Positions 1 to 9,442 of a DNA stretch of 64,000 bases are shown one piece after another. The position numbers were made by a program, and so were the translations under genes. Origin of the DNA: a virus (Duplodnaviria > Heunggongvirae > Uroviricota > Caudoviricetes); IMG/VR virus record IMGVR_UViG_3300029702_000002; one strand, written 5' to 3'. Within the stretch, counting starts at the first letter, position 1. The number at the start of each line of letters is the position of its first letter. A model generated the notes under the pieces. It worked only from the letters and a program-made list of their open reading frames with translations, was not told the origin of the DNA and did not search any database.

Positions 1-388
1 AGATTAGGCTGGACTTATCTGTCAATTCGGAACAAATACGGGCCGTGGTCTGGCAACTAGAGCATTCGCAGTTATCGCGGAAACCGTGATCTACCGGTCG
101 AGAAAGAGGTTTAACTTTTTCATCCAACTTCATCACAGCATCGTGATAAGCGTTCCAGCCGTCATCTTTACCAAGTTGATAAATCTCTGAAGGCTCCATG
201 TAGTCTATATCGCAACCTTCTTCATCCGATCTATCTGGTCGCTTCCCTGGTAATCGCTCATAAAAACGATTTCTGTCTCGACGTTCGGCTCTCAGTGCTA
301 ACGCAAGAAGTTGCTCAAGCGAGGTATTTGCACCAGCAATAATTTCATTGAGAATATCTTCTGTGAGATCTTTCGCTACCGTGCTCAT
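1..388 (-). CDS. hypothetical protein, partial (start codon at 386-388, 3' end beyond window edge)
   Basis: Open minus-strand frame from ATG at 386-388 running off position 1 (MSTVAKDLTEDILNEIIAGANTSLEQ...); ATGA stop/start overlap with upstream ORF 385..768. Confidence 0.4.
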   Translation of the reverse strand, partial: MSTVAKDLTEDILNEIIAGANTSLEQLLALALRAERRDRNRFYERLPGKRPDRSDEEGCDIDYMEPSEIYQLGKDDGWNAYHDAVMKLDEKVKPLSRPVDHGFRDNCECSSCQTTARICSELTDKSSLI

Positions 389-768
389 TTATCTCTCTCA
401 GTATGTTGCGATGGCGTAAATTTGACGACATCAAATATTTTGGATGGCATCAACTTTATCCGCGAGCTTAGTTCGGCTCTTCTCTGTAATGCGGTTAATA
501 ATGTTTTCGTTCTGACGCCTTCGTGTATCCTCATCCCTGGCACAAGAACTACATCGCAGGGGAGATGCTCAGGTGACAAATCATTTTGGGCATCGCTAAT
601 CAGTCGTGTAATCTCTCTTTCAAGCCGACCGCCTAGCTCTGTTTTAGTGCAATGTTCTGACCAATCGCCAGCCTCAAGCAGCGCGAGAATGCTTAAAATA
701 TCGTCCAATAGATCAGTGGTATTATCGACTTCCTTCTGAAACTCACCGGCTACTGATTTATGCATCAT
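385..768 (-). CDS. hypothetical protein (127 aa)
   Basis: ORF track; protein-like composition; ATGA-coupled to neighbours on both sides; preferred over overlapping plus ORF 311..739. Confidence 0.5.
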   Translation of the reverse strand: MMHKSVAGEFQKEVDNTTDLLDDILSILALLEAGDWSEHCTKTELGGRLEREITRLISDAQNDLSPEHLPCDVVLVPGMRIHEGVRTKTLLTALQRRAELSSRIKLMPSKIFDVVKFTPSQHTERDK

Positions 769-1418
769 TCGTCATCCTCATCCGAGTCATCCTCATCACA
801 GGATGAGAGTAGTGGGTTAGTCATTCGCCCTACTTGAGTGGCGTAGCCACGCCGACAGAGATTGCGCAGCACACTGTATATTTCGAACATCTCGGTTCGT
901 TCATCGCCAACATCAAGCTCAGATGCTATAGCGTGGCATTCAGTCGCGAGAGCCGATATTTTCTGAAATAACTCTGCATTATTCACTGTTCGACTCCTGC
1001 GGCGTTCTGGTAGTGGCATCCAGTGTGTGACATTGCTAATCAGACCATATTCATTAGTTTGAGGATGGTTGCCGTTATCGTCTCCGTATTTAAGACTCTC
1101 CATAAAGCCATAATGCCTATCACCATTAACGCTCACAAAGCCGTAATAAGCAGGTATAACGCCGATCTCACACGTAACCAGTAAAGGAAAACTAGTTCTC
1201 CAATTTAGCTCGCCAATTACAGGCATTCGCTCACTACAGCTTATCCAACCATCCTTAGTTGCTGCTGTATTGGCATAGGCCTTACGGTGCTTCTGTAGCT
1301 CTGCTGCAATCGCTCTCACGACTTCAACTGGTGCCCTTGCAGCAAACTCAATGTTGGTGATCAGCTCATTAAGATATTTCTCGCTTGGGTAGCATTTCTT
1401 ATTGTTAACGGTGGTCAT
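765..1418 (-). CDS. hypothetical protein with acidic C-terminal tail
   Basis: ORF track 217 aa, ends DEDDSDEDDE; operon context. Confidence 0.5.
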   Translation of the reverse strand: MTTVNNKKCYPSEKYLNELITNIEFAARAPVEVVRAIAAELQKHRKAYANTAATKDGWISCSERMPVIGELNWRTSFPLLVTCEIGVIPAYYGFVSVNGDRHYGFMESLKYGDDNGNHPQTNEYGLISNVTHWMPLPERRRSRTVNNAELFQKISALATECHAIASELDVGDERTEMFEIYSVLRNLCRRGYATQVGRMTNPLLSSCDEDDSDEDDE

Positions 1419-1639
1419 TAGATAGCTCTCTCAACAACAAGCAATTCGTCGTAGTCATAATCCGTTTCGGAACCATCTGTACCGAACAGAGTCACTTTGT
1501 CACCTTCCATCCAGAAAGATTTAACCGCACATCGTTTGCCTTTAGATGTTATGACCACATCACCTGGGATTACATCTTCAGCGCGAACTTCTACTGTTCT
1601 CATCATGCTGACCCTCTTTGGTGAAAACGCCTGATGCAA
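1418..1639 (-). CDS. hypothetical protein (73 aa)
   Basis: ORF track; start overlaps stop of 765..1418. Confidence 0.4.
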   Translation of the reverse strand: MHQAFSPKRVSMMRTVEVRAEDVIPGDVVITSKGKRCAVKSFWMEGDKVTLFGTDGSETDYDYDELLVVERAI

Positions 1640-2021
1640 TACTGTTTATGATGCTGTCAGTACAGGGAGTAGAAAGCTGGGCATCTCCAGCTATTTTCAT
1701 GACTTCGACATCCGCATATCGAATACCGAGGTGTATCAGACCTGCTATACCTGACTTAAGTCGAACATTTTCCATAAACAGATCCTTTTCCCGCTGTTTA
1801 ACGGTCTCCAGCTCAACACGCAACTTCTCAATTTCGGCAGCCATGTAGTAACCAACCATAGCGAAAGTGGCGAAAGGGTAGTCAGAATCATCAGGAGATA
1901 CGGAGGCCATTAGCAGACCATCGTGCATGTTCTGGCTTCCATCAGTGATGGATACCGCATAAGAATCGCTGGTTTCCCGTTTATACAATACGACGACCGG
2001 GTTCTTGATTTTCTCTCTCAT
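1578..2021 (-). CDS. hypothetical protein (147 aa)
   Basis: ORF track; overlaps downstream ORF by ~60 bp in another frame. Confidence 0.4.
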   Translation of the reverse strand: MREKIKNPVVVLYKRETSDSYAVSITDGSQNMHDGLLMASVSPDDSDYPFATFAMVGYYMAAEIEKLRVELETVKQREKDLFMENVRLKSGIAGLIHLGIRYADVEVMKIAGDAQLSTPCTDSIINSIASGVFTKEGQHDENSRSSR

Positions 2022-2575
2022 TACGATGCCTCTAACTTATCTAACTCTTTCAGCCCTTCACGTACCGCGTTCACAATGCGTTCCAGATACTGGTATTTCG
2101 GGTTTGGTACCGTTGGCCAGTCGGCATACCACGGATCATCACCAAAGAGATTCAGCAGTTTGTTACCGACGCCGAAACAACAGCAGCTTTCTTTTACGTC
2201 ATCGGCGTTTTCCGCCTCGTCCCACATTTCGCGAGCCAGTACGGCGTCTATTTCTCTCTCTCTTCGTAACTTTATGATTTCTGACTTTACGAAAAGCAGA
2301 TTTGCATCGTTGTCATCGTCGACCGTGCTTAGCAGTTGAGGGTCGAAATTGTCGATTAGATAATCGTTGCTAACTCGCTTAATGAACGTCTGCACATCAT
2401 CACCGCCCATAGCAAACCAAGCCGCAGTCCACGCTTTTCCGTAGCAGGTGATGGTGATTCTTCCCTTACCAGGTTCGTAGTTTTCAATCATCACTCGAAC
2501 CGGATCGAGGCGTTCCAGATCCGTCAGCACAAAGGAAAGAACATCTATTTTTTCGACCTTCATGCAGCCTCCCAC
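2021..2575 (-). CDS. hypothetical protein (184 aa)
   Basis: ORF track; operon context. Confidence 0.5.
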   Translation of the reverse strand: MGGCMKVEKIDVLSFVLTDLERLDPVRVMIENYEPGKGRITITCYGKAWTAAWFAMGGDDVQTFIKRVSNDYLIDNFDPQLLSTVDDDNDANLLFVKSEIIKLRREREIDAVLAREMWDEAENADDVKESCCCFGVGNKLLNLFGDDPWYADWPTVPNPKYQYLERIVNAVREGLKELDKLEAS

Positions 2576-3201
2576 GCGCTCCAGATCAGCGATTTGTGTT
2601 TTTCATAACGTTTGATGTGTACCGGTTTCAGAAGCGCAATACCTTCAGTGACTTTCGCCTTTGCGCTTAATAACAACGGGTGTTCTATACCTATCCTCTC
2701 CATGTACTCGACAACATCAGCGTTGGCACCAATCTCCTTCCCGTTAAAAAGTACGTCCAGCATCAGCTCTTTCTCTGCAAGGTAGATAGCTGAAAACTCA
2801 GGATCGCGACTCACGATAGAAGAGGTATTGTCGAGCAGGTCAGCCAGCTTGATCATGCGCGTCTGCATGTCGAGATTTTGCTCCAGCTCCCGGACATTGA
2901 TGATGAAACGCTGTATTCGATTGCCGTCTTCTGGCCTTGCAATGTTGGTCAGAGCCTGAACCATTTCAGCTACGCGCTCACCGAAGTGATCACGAACCAT
3001 CTCTATGGTTACATGGGTGTCTTCGACCACATCATGCAGAAGCGCCGCGATTTGCATCTCCACGGTTCCGTCATGCAATGCAACAATCTCTCGGACAGCA
3101 ACCGGGTGGTTGATGTAGTTTTCGCCGGTATATTTTCTTTTCTGACCAACGCCACCATGAGCGCCAGCGGCGAACATATGTGCTTCGGAAATACTAGACA
3201 T
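2560..3201 (-). CDS. HD-domain (p)ppGpp hydrolase-like protein (small alarmone hydrolase type)
   Basis: Segment ENYINHPVAVREIVALHDGTVEMQIAALLHDVVEDT...FGERVAEMVQALT matches the recalled SpoT/Rel hydrolase HD motif (HPVAV...LLHDVIEDT). Confidence 0.8.
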   Translation of the reverse strand: MSSISEAHMFAAGAHGGVGQKRKYTGENYINHPVAVREIVALHDGTVEMQIAALLHDVVEDTHVTIEMVRDHFGERVAEMVQALTNIARPEDGNRIQRFIINVRELEQNLDMQTRMIKLADLLDNTSSIVSRDPEFSAIYLAEKELMLDVLFNGKEIGANADVVEYMERIGIEHPLLLSAKAKVTEGIALLKPVHIKRYEKHKSLIWSAWEAA

Positions 3202-3320
3202 TCTTAACTCCGTTGTTTTCTAGTTGTGGTTATTTTCACAAATAAGAAAAGGCAGAAAACAATTTATTTAAGGCCACAACTTATGGCCTTTATTTATTCA
3301 CGCAGAAGGATTTGTAGCGT

Positions 3321-3701
3321 CTAATTGCCGGATAAAATGGGGTGAGGTGCTTGCCAGTAGGCTCCACCGTTCCATGTGAATCCCATGCGAATAAGAGTGT
3401 TTATTGCGGCTTTGGTAGACTCAGATTCGACACTGGCTTTTCGAAACTCTTGAACCTCTTTCGCCAACTTGTATGTAATTGTGCTGGGGACGATTGCAGC
3501 CCAGCCTTTCTCATGACTGTTAATGACCATCTGGATGTGACCATCCAGAATAGGTTGATTAGGCATGTTATTGAAAATGTCTGCCTGTTTTTGAATGTGA
3601 AGAAAAAGCCTTGCCAGCTCCATTTGCTCACTACGAGACAAGGGATTATCAAGAGGGCTTTTTGCAAAAGCGGCTATACGCTGTGCGTCAATGCCAAACA
3701 T
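3321..3701 (-). CDS. hypothetical protein (126 aa)
   Basis: ORF track; operon context. Confidence 0.45.
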   Translation of the reverse strand: MFGIDAQRIAAFAKSPLDNPLSRSEQMELARLFLHIQKQADIFNNMPNQPILDGHIQMVINSHEKGWAAIVPSTITYKLAKEVQEFRKASVESESTKAAINTLIRMGFTWNGGAYWQAPHPILSGN

Positions 3702-4405
3702 CAGCGCACCTCACCATCTTTATGGCTGGAGCTAACTTCCGCCATTAAATGTCTTACGTAATCGACAAGAGAGCCACCTGGTGGAATCTGGCATTCCTCA
3801 ACTAACTGGAAGTAGATATCCGCTGCATTACGTGTATTACTACCCGCGCATATTCTTTCTTCCCGAAGTGCATGAAGCTCGTTGATCAAACGGTCACACT
3901 CTCCGTTACGCTGATCCACAACGGCCTCAAGCTCTGCGACGCGTTCACCTGGCGTCTTACCTTCTTTGCGTTGGATGGTAACGACGAAATCGCCAATTGC
4001 AGGGACGTTGTAATCCAGCTCAAGGTAGTTTTTGGCACCGCTGCGGACGAACTCACCCGCGAACATGGTGGCAAACATCGCAGAGGCCACTTCGCCGTTG
4101 AAAAGTGACTCCAGATCTAACGGAGTCCCGGCATCAAGAGCCTCTTTTGCTGTATCCATTGCATCCATGAACCGATCAAACTCATTGGCGCGCTTTTCCA
4201 GGTTTTTCCATTGCTCGCTCCAACGTTTGGCAACGAAGTCTATGAATGTTTTCGCGGATTCATCAAAATCCCCCTCAAACTTAACGATGCCTTTATCAAT
4301 AATGATCTGGCCTACCGCATCCTCTGCATAACCTTTCAATGTAAACTTGAAAGGAAAATCAGAATGGCCTGTGACGTTAAAATGCTCTAACTGGAGGTTG
4401 TTCAT
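3701..4405 (-). CDS. hypothetical protein (234 aa)
   Basis: ORF track; first gene of operon, promoter-type palindrome just upstream at 4448-4470. Confidence 0.5.
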   Translation of the reverse strand: MNNLQLEHFNVTGHSDFPFKFTLKGYAEDAVGQIIIDKGIVKFEGDFDESAKTFIDFVAKRWSEQWKNLEKRANEFDRFMDAMDTAKEALDAGTPLDLESLFNGEVASAMFATMFAGEFVRSGAKNYLELDYNVPAIGDFVVTIQRKEGKTPGERVAELEAVVDQRNGECDRLINELHALREERICAGSNTRNAADIYFQLVEECQIPPGGSLVDYVRHLMAEVSSSHKDGEVR

Positions 4406-4466
4406 GTGTTTTTCTCTTATCGTTTAGTAACTACATTCTTACACAAATTAGGTAAGTATTTACCTA

Positions 4467-6152
4467 TCATTTAACGCGTTTGAAAACGTATACGCTGACT
4501 GTGATCCCTGTGTCTTCAAACTCGTTGGTAAACGACTTCCCTCTGGCATAAACGTAATTATCCATCGTCATCCAGTCCAGTATTGGCGCAGTGCCCGGCA
4601 ATACTGCTACAAGACGCCCGCCGACTTTCAGATGCCCCAGCGCAGCCAGCGTGTGCTCTCTATGACGACCAAGCGAATACGGCGGGTTCATAACGATTTT
4701 GTCGAACTGATAACCTACGTTGTCCTCAGACCACTTTATGAAGTCGCAGCAAATCGTGTTCGTATACCCTTTTCCACGCAGGATATCAGCGAAGAGAGGT
4801 GCGATTTCTATGCAGGTAACATCTTCCAGATCGGCGTTAATATAGGCCAGAAGATCCCCACGTCCGGCTTGAGGCTCCAGCAGCTTCTCACCAGGCTTCA
4901 ATTCAGTGGCTCTGGCAACGTACTCAGCAATCAAGCGTGGGGTAGGGTAGAACTGGTGTGATTTTGTATCCGGTATTAAACCGGTAGCCACAATCGTATT
5001 TAGCGTATGGACGATGTCATACGGGAACTGCCAGTGCTTTTTCTCCTGCACGCCGCCAATGAAGCTCAGTGTGCGCTCAAGCTCTTCCACCTGCGACTTC
5101 TGGAGAGCTGAATCAGAGAAGTACCATACGCCTTTGTCTTTGCTCAATCGCCCGTCACGAAGCGCAGTGCGAACCGGCACGGAGATCGTCTTCTGGATTA
5201 ACCCGAACTGCTTTGGTGCCCGTGTTTTTGGCGCGGTGCGACATGGCGCGGGGATTGCAGCAGGCATACTGTAAGCCAGCACCTCATTCAACTTCCAGGC
5301 CACGTCAGGATGTATTTCAAAGTGAACGTTGCCGTTCTTGAACATCTTCACGCGCATCAGATTTCCATCGACGTTCATCCAGTCACCGGTCTGGCAGTCG
5401 TTTGCCCGATACGCAGCTGATAGCACCTCAGCAGTGCGGTTGATGGTAATAAATTCTTTGTGCGCGAAGAAATGAAGCAAGACACGCAGATCGTCGATAT
5501 AGTCCTCTTTGCGATAGTTCACACTAACGCTGTCCCGCCAGAAATCAGAAATGCAGTCAGCGATTATCAGACGTTCGCTGAAACCGTTTGTCTTATTTGT
5601 CTTGTGCGCAGGACTCAGCGCCTTAAACAAGCCATACACGCGCTCAGAGAGATATTTGTGCCTGTCATTCAGCAAATTAAGCATCGTGGGTATGACCGTT
5701 TCTGCTTTGAACTCCGGTACACCAACGAACTCTTTTACCTTCATCTGATAGCCGGTTCTGTCAGTTTTGATGACTTCCTGCTTACCCTCGATAAACTGCT
5801 CACGCCACTCGTCGCGACGGGAAGCTGGCATGATCAGCAGAACGTTAGTCATATCCGTGACCTTCCTCCAGTACTCGGCCCAAATATTCTGTTTCACCCA
5901 TTCCAGATCGACTTTATCCAGCCAAGCTCGATTCAAACGTGAGCGTTCTTCATCTGGTCGGTGGTTCAGTTGCAGCAGGCGATTAATCATGTTGTGGCGT
6001 TCGTCTCCATAAACGAAGTCGTGAACCTGATACATGAAGGCGATCTCCTTCTCGCACTCGGCCACAATTTCGTGGATGACGTTCATTTCCTGACGATAAT
6101 CGATAGCAGTGTTTGAGTTGGCATCGTCGATGATGGAAAGAGCTGTATTCAT
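4467..6152 (-). CDS. DNA N6-adenine methyltransferase with ~400-aa N-terminal domain of unknown function
   Basis: C-terminal LLEPQAGRGDL (SAM-binding motif I) and DKIVMNPPY (motif IV, NPPY) typical of amino-methyltransferases. Confidence 0.75.
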   Translation of the reverse strand: MNTALSIIDDANSNTAIDYRQEMNVIHEIVAECEKEIAFMYQVHDFVYGDERHNMINRLLQLNHRPDEERSRLNRAWLDKVDLEWVKQNIWAEYWRKVTDMTNVLLIMPASRRDEWREQFIEGKQEVIKTDRTGYQMKVKEFVGVPEFKAETVIPTMLNLLNDRHKYLSERVYGLFKALSPAHKTNKTNGFSERLIIADCISDFWRDSVSVNYRKEDYIDDLRVLLHFFAHKEFITINRTAEVLSAAYRANDCQTGDWMNVDGNLMRVKMFKNGNVHFEIHPDVAWKLNEVLAYSMPAAIPAPCRTAPKTRAPKQFGLIQKTISVPVRTALRDGRLSKDKGVWYFSDSALQKSQVEELERTLSFIGGVQEKKHWQFPYDIVHTLNTIVATGLIPDTKSHQFYPTPRLIAEYVARATELKPGEKLLEPQAGRGDLLAYINADLEDVTCIEIAPLFADILRGKGYTNTICCDFIKWSEDNVGYQFDKIVMNPPYSLGRHREHTLAALGHLKVGGRLVAVLPGTAPILDWMTMDNYVYARGKSFTNEFEDTGITVSVYVFKRVK

Positions 6153-6255
6153 AATTGCACCATTAAGAAAAGATTTGTTTAATGGTGCAATTATTTCAAA
6201 AATGAAAAGGTGCTAAATAGAAATTAACAGGCAATCCTTTAAATAAAGGTATTTG

Positions 6256-6927
6256 CTAATCATACTTTGAGGTATTTATAACCAGGATTTTGTTTGTATA
6301 AATCTTCTTAATATCCCATGTGACATTACCGGAATACCATTGACCGTTATATACTTGGTTTCCAGTTGCACCGGTCATAGTTACATAGACAGGTCTGTCG
6401 TAATCGGTTCGTCTATAGTTATAAACCCCAACCATAGCAGGCATTACCGCACACGGATACCCCACATCTATGGTAAATTGAGGGTCCGAAATAGTGATAA
6501 GTTTCGCATCAAGGGGCATCATCTCACCGTGATACACCATTGCGCCTGCGCTGTTATACATGGCAATGCCATAGCCAGAATGTGGTAACACCATATCAGA
6601 AAAAGCATAAACTGTTATTGTTCCGGGGCTACCATTTACCTGATGCAATCTGAGAGCATTGTATCCGTTACTATGCTCATGAATAAACATCATGTTCGCC
6701 TTATTACTGCTTTTTATGAAGAAAAAGCATGATTTGTTTGATGGGATTGATGTTTGAAAAACAGAACCTTTAGATGTAGACATTGTCCCTTTATTAATCA
6801 GATTTTGCGGAGTAAATTCTGGACTCATCCACAAACTTCCATCTGATTGAGTAATTGACATCCCGAACATAATTATCCCCAGTATGTGTATATGTAAGAA
6901 CCAAGCCCCGTATATAAATTTGACCAA
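6256..6927 (-). CDS. hypothetical protein (223 aa), possibly C-terminal part of a frameshifted gene
   Basis: ORF track; low-GC; overlaps upstream ORF 6873..7154 by 55 bp in another frame. Confidence 0.35.
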   Translation of the reverse strand: MVKFIYGAWFLHIHILGIIMFGMSITQSDGSLWMSPEFTPQNLINKGTMSTSKGSVFQTSIPSNKSCFFFIKSSNKANMMFIHEHSNGYNALRLHQVNGSPGTITVYAFSDMVLPHSGYGIAMYNSAGAMVYHGEMMPLDAKLITISDPQFTIDVGYPCAVMPAMVGVYNYRRTDYDRPVYVTMTGATGNQVYNGQWYSGNVTWDIKKIYTNKILVINTSKYD

Positions 6928-7154
6928 CTAACCGTATTTCCATTAATAGTAACTGTTGGAACAGGTAAATTAATGTAGTTGTCGTTGTTAAGAGGCATCA
7001 ATGACCACACGGCATGTAGCGATTTACCCGGTGGCGGATTGGAGTACGTCTTAGAGCCTGATGACGCAGTAAATCGATCAAGAAAAAAAATAGGAGTAAG
7101 GAAGCCAGTAACGTTAATTCCTTTATTGTTGTAAATCCCTGTACCGTATGCCAT
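6873..7154 (-). CDS. hypothetical protein (93 aa), possibly N-terminal part of a frameshifted gene
   Basis: ORF track; Gly/Asn/Thr-rich beta-type composition; same strand and contiguous with 6256..6927. Confidence 0.35.
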   Translation of the reverse strand: MAYGTGIYNNKGINVTGFLTPIFFLDRFTASSGSKTYSNPPPGKSLHAVWSLMPLNNDNYINLPVPTVTINGNTVSWSNLYTGLGSYIYTYWG

Positions 7155-7209
7155 TTTTCATCCTTGTTTTTTATCAACACAATATGGCCGATCATGCGGC
7201 CATATCAGA

Positions 7210-7779
7210 TCAATTAGAGCTTTGAAAGGCTTTGTGTGGCTGTGTTGCGAGGTTATGTCGATGGCTTAACTCACGCATCATGTCTTCAAGCCGACTCTTT
7301 GTGTCGTCGAGTTGGTCGGCCATTGCTCCCAAAAGCTGACGAACGGCCATCGGATCATCGCTGTTTAGTGATGGCATTTTATAACCCGCCTGAGAAGACA
7401 TAAGATTGAACGCAGACATCAACATCGTTAGAGAGGATTTAAGCCCAGCAATTTCACGATCTTTGCTGGCAATAATCGCCTCACTCTTGTTAGTGTCATC
7501 AGTTCGTTGAGTCTCGCTCACCATATCCAAAGTCGCCTGCAACTTATCAGCGCGCTCTTTTTCAGCAAGATAATGAACACCGAAATGATGTGCTAAAGCT
7601 ACAACCTGAGTTGGCTCTTCAAAGGTGGACTCAAAATTAAGTGCTGTAACCACTCTCTCAAATATGGAAACGTCTTCTATTCCTCGAAGAATGGCTAACA
7701 TTTTGACCAGTTCATTAGCATCCATTTCTTCGAATAAGGCGTTTTGTTCATCAGCTATCGCTTTGCATTTCTTGCACAT
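7210..7779 (-). CDS. hypothetical protein (189 aa)
   Basis: ORF track; conserved RBS/upstream motif at 7780-7815. Confidence 0.5.
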   Translation of the reverse strand: MCKKCKAIADEQNALFEEMDANELVKMLAILRGIEDVSIFERVVTALNFESTFEEPTQVVALAHHFGVHYLAEKERADKLQATLDMVSETQRTDDTNKSEAIIASKDREIAGLKSSLTMLMSAFNLMSSQAGYKMPSLNSDDPMAVRQLLGAMADQLDDTKSRLEDMMRELSHRHNLATQPHKAFQSSN

Positions 7780-7879
7780 GTGTTTTTCCTAATGCTTAAA
7801 CAAGTTGTTTTCTTATTGGCTTTATTGTGATGTGGCATAAAAGGGGAGCAAGCTAAACGTAAAGGTGCAAACTCTCTAT

Positions 7880-7916
7880 TTCGGTCAACGAAACACAAGG
7901 GCCATTTGGCCCTTGT
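7880..7916 (-). terminator. putative rho-independent terminator
   Basis: Hairpin ACAAGGGCC-ATTT-GGCCCTTGT (7895-7916) followed on the minus strand by a U-rich stretch. Confidence 0.45.
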
Positions 7917-8265
7917 CATTAACACGTTGCTTTACGGACTAGCGGATAAGCGAAGTAGATCGCCAGACCAATGAGGACGCCATCAGAAATGACAGACATC
8001 ATCTTTCCCGTAAAATCCACCAACACCGCCATCACCAGAAGAGCAATGACGGTCACAAGCCGGAATCTCTCAAGCATTAGAGATAAGCATCCAGTGACAA
8101 CTGAAGCGCCTGTGCGATCTTTTTCAGGGCCAGCTCTTCTTGTTCGCCAATACCGTCTTGGTCGGCAATATCAAGGCACAGACACAGTACATCTACTGCA
8201 TCATTAGTCCCGGCCACATCAGCCAGCTCACGTAAAGCCTGGGCATTAGCGCGGCGCGGTGAGGC

Positions 8266-8502
8266 TTAGTATTGAGCACGGATATTGGCGCTCATTTGGG
8301 CAATCTCACCAGCAAACGGAGAAAACGCAGGCAGAGCTGCAATTGTTTTCTCAAGAATGGAAATTTCCTTTGCGTCGCATGTGCCATCGGCATAGGAGAT
8401 CATGTACGCGCCCCACACGGTGGCTTCAACCGCATCTCGGTTCTCCATTTTTTTGACCTCGATAACAGCTTTACGAGTTTTCTTTTTGAATAAACCTAAC
8501 AT
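8266..8502 (-). CDS. hypothetical protein (78 aa); frame continues protein-like past an in-frame TAA
   Basis: ORF track; downstream in-frame 61 codons (~8080-8265) read ...DIADQDGIGEQEELALKKIAQALQLSLDAYL. Confidence 0.4.
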   Translation of the reverse strand: MLGLFKKKTRKAVIEVKKMENRDAVEATVWGAYMISYADGTCDAKEISILEKTIAALPAFSPFAGEIAQMSANIRAQY

Positions 8503-8595
8503 GTGCTTTCCTTTTGTTATTTGTTAAAACAAGTTGTTTTCTAGTTACATGAATTGCTTACGAAAAGACGGTCAATGCATATGCACTAACAACCG

Positions 8596-8793
8596 TCAGA
8601 AATAACCAAGTACCGAACCGACTGGAAAAACAAAAATCCCAACAACACGAGCCAAGGTCATACCAGCCTGAAACTGGAGATCACCAGAGCAAACGAGTTT
8701 TACAATGTTCGATACCCAACCGGCGGCCATGAGAGCTATGAAAGCCAGAATCGCCAGCCAAGTTTTTCCAAAGTGATTTGAAAACCAGTTCAT
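8596..8793 (-). CDS. small membrane protein (65 aa, two hydrophobic helices)
   Basis: ORF track; hydrophobic segments; ATGA coupling with 8790..9041. Confidence 0.45.
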   Translation of the reverse strand: MNWFSNHFGKTWLAILAFIALMAAGWVSNIVKLVCSGDLQFQAGMTLARVVGIFVFPVGSVLGYF

Positions 8794-9041
8794 ACAACCG
8801 CCTTAGTCACAGCATGATCCTGAGTAACTGGATGAACTTGAGGTATCGCATCCACCGTCATCCCATCCAGAGTGACAGGACGCTCTACTGGAGTGGTGGT
8901 AATTGTCGTCGACGGAGGTGTGGTGATGGATGAACCCGGCATCAAAAGGCTCTGGCCGGCTGGAACGGCTACCGTCGCCAGTGAAACTATAATGAGAACG
9001 TAGGCCATTGGTTTCAGCCTCTTTCTTTGAAAATTTTCCAT
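8790..9041 (-). CDS. small secreted/membrane protein (83 aa, Thr/Pro-rich)
   Basis: N-terminal hydrophobic segment MAYVLIIVSLATVAVPAG; coupled to downstream gene. Confidence 0.4.
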   Translation of the reverse strand: MENFQRKRLKPMAYVLIIVSLATVAVPAGQSLLMPGSSITTPPSTTITTTPVERPVTLDGMTVDAIPQVHPVTQDHAVTKAVV

Positions 9042-9297
9042 TCGAACTGTCCTTGTTGTTTTTCTCCTTCACTAAAGGCCGTGTACTTTTCGCTTCGCGT
9101 GAAGAACCAGAGGTAACAATCGCCCCCACGTTCGCAACAACTGACGCTTGCTTATCTAAACGTTCATTCAGCAACCGAACGGCAGTCTCTAGTTCATCAA
9201 GACGTGACAGAACACGACCGCTAAATAATTCGGCCAAAATTTGACGTAGTGAACGAGGACGTTTAGTTGCAGAAGTGAAATAGGTTTGACGTGCCAT
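8803..9297 (-). CDS. hypothetical protein (164 aa), overlaps 8790..9041 in another frame
   Basis: ORF track; N-terminal half protein-like, C-terminal half low-complexity; possible frameshift or overlapping genes. Confidence 0.3.
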   Translation of the reverse strand: MARQTYFTSATKRPRSLRQILAELFSGRVLSRLDELETAVRLLNERLDKQASVVANVGAIVTSGSSREAKSTRPLVKEKNNKDSSNGKFSKKEAETNGLRSHYSFTGDGSRSSRPEPFDAGFIHHHTSVDDNYHHSSRASCHSGWDDGGCDTSSSSSYSGSCCD

Positions 9298-9442
9298 GTG
9301 GACTCCATCCAGTGTCAGAAAGAGTTGCGGCTGGCGATTGCCAGCCGCCTTTCTCGTTCCATCCTGGAACTGTGTCTTACCGACACATTGTCATCCTGAC
9401 GCCGATAAGATACATGATTTAAAATGATAGGTAAACACTTAC

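Noticed and set aside
311-739. Plus-strand ORFs embedded in minus-strand genes (e.g. 311..739, 1923..2339, 5460..5942, 37036..37551, 42576..42959, 50959..51618)
   Set aside because: Each lies antisense within a longer minus-strand gene with a recognisable product or operon coupling; compositions are Ser/Arg/Cys-rich as expected for antisense frames.
7971-8207. Plus-strand ORF of 78 aa
   Set aside because: Antisense to the protein-like continuation of the 8266..8502 frame; composition (Arg/Thr/Ser-rich) looks non-coding.
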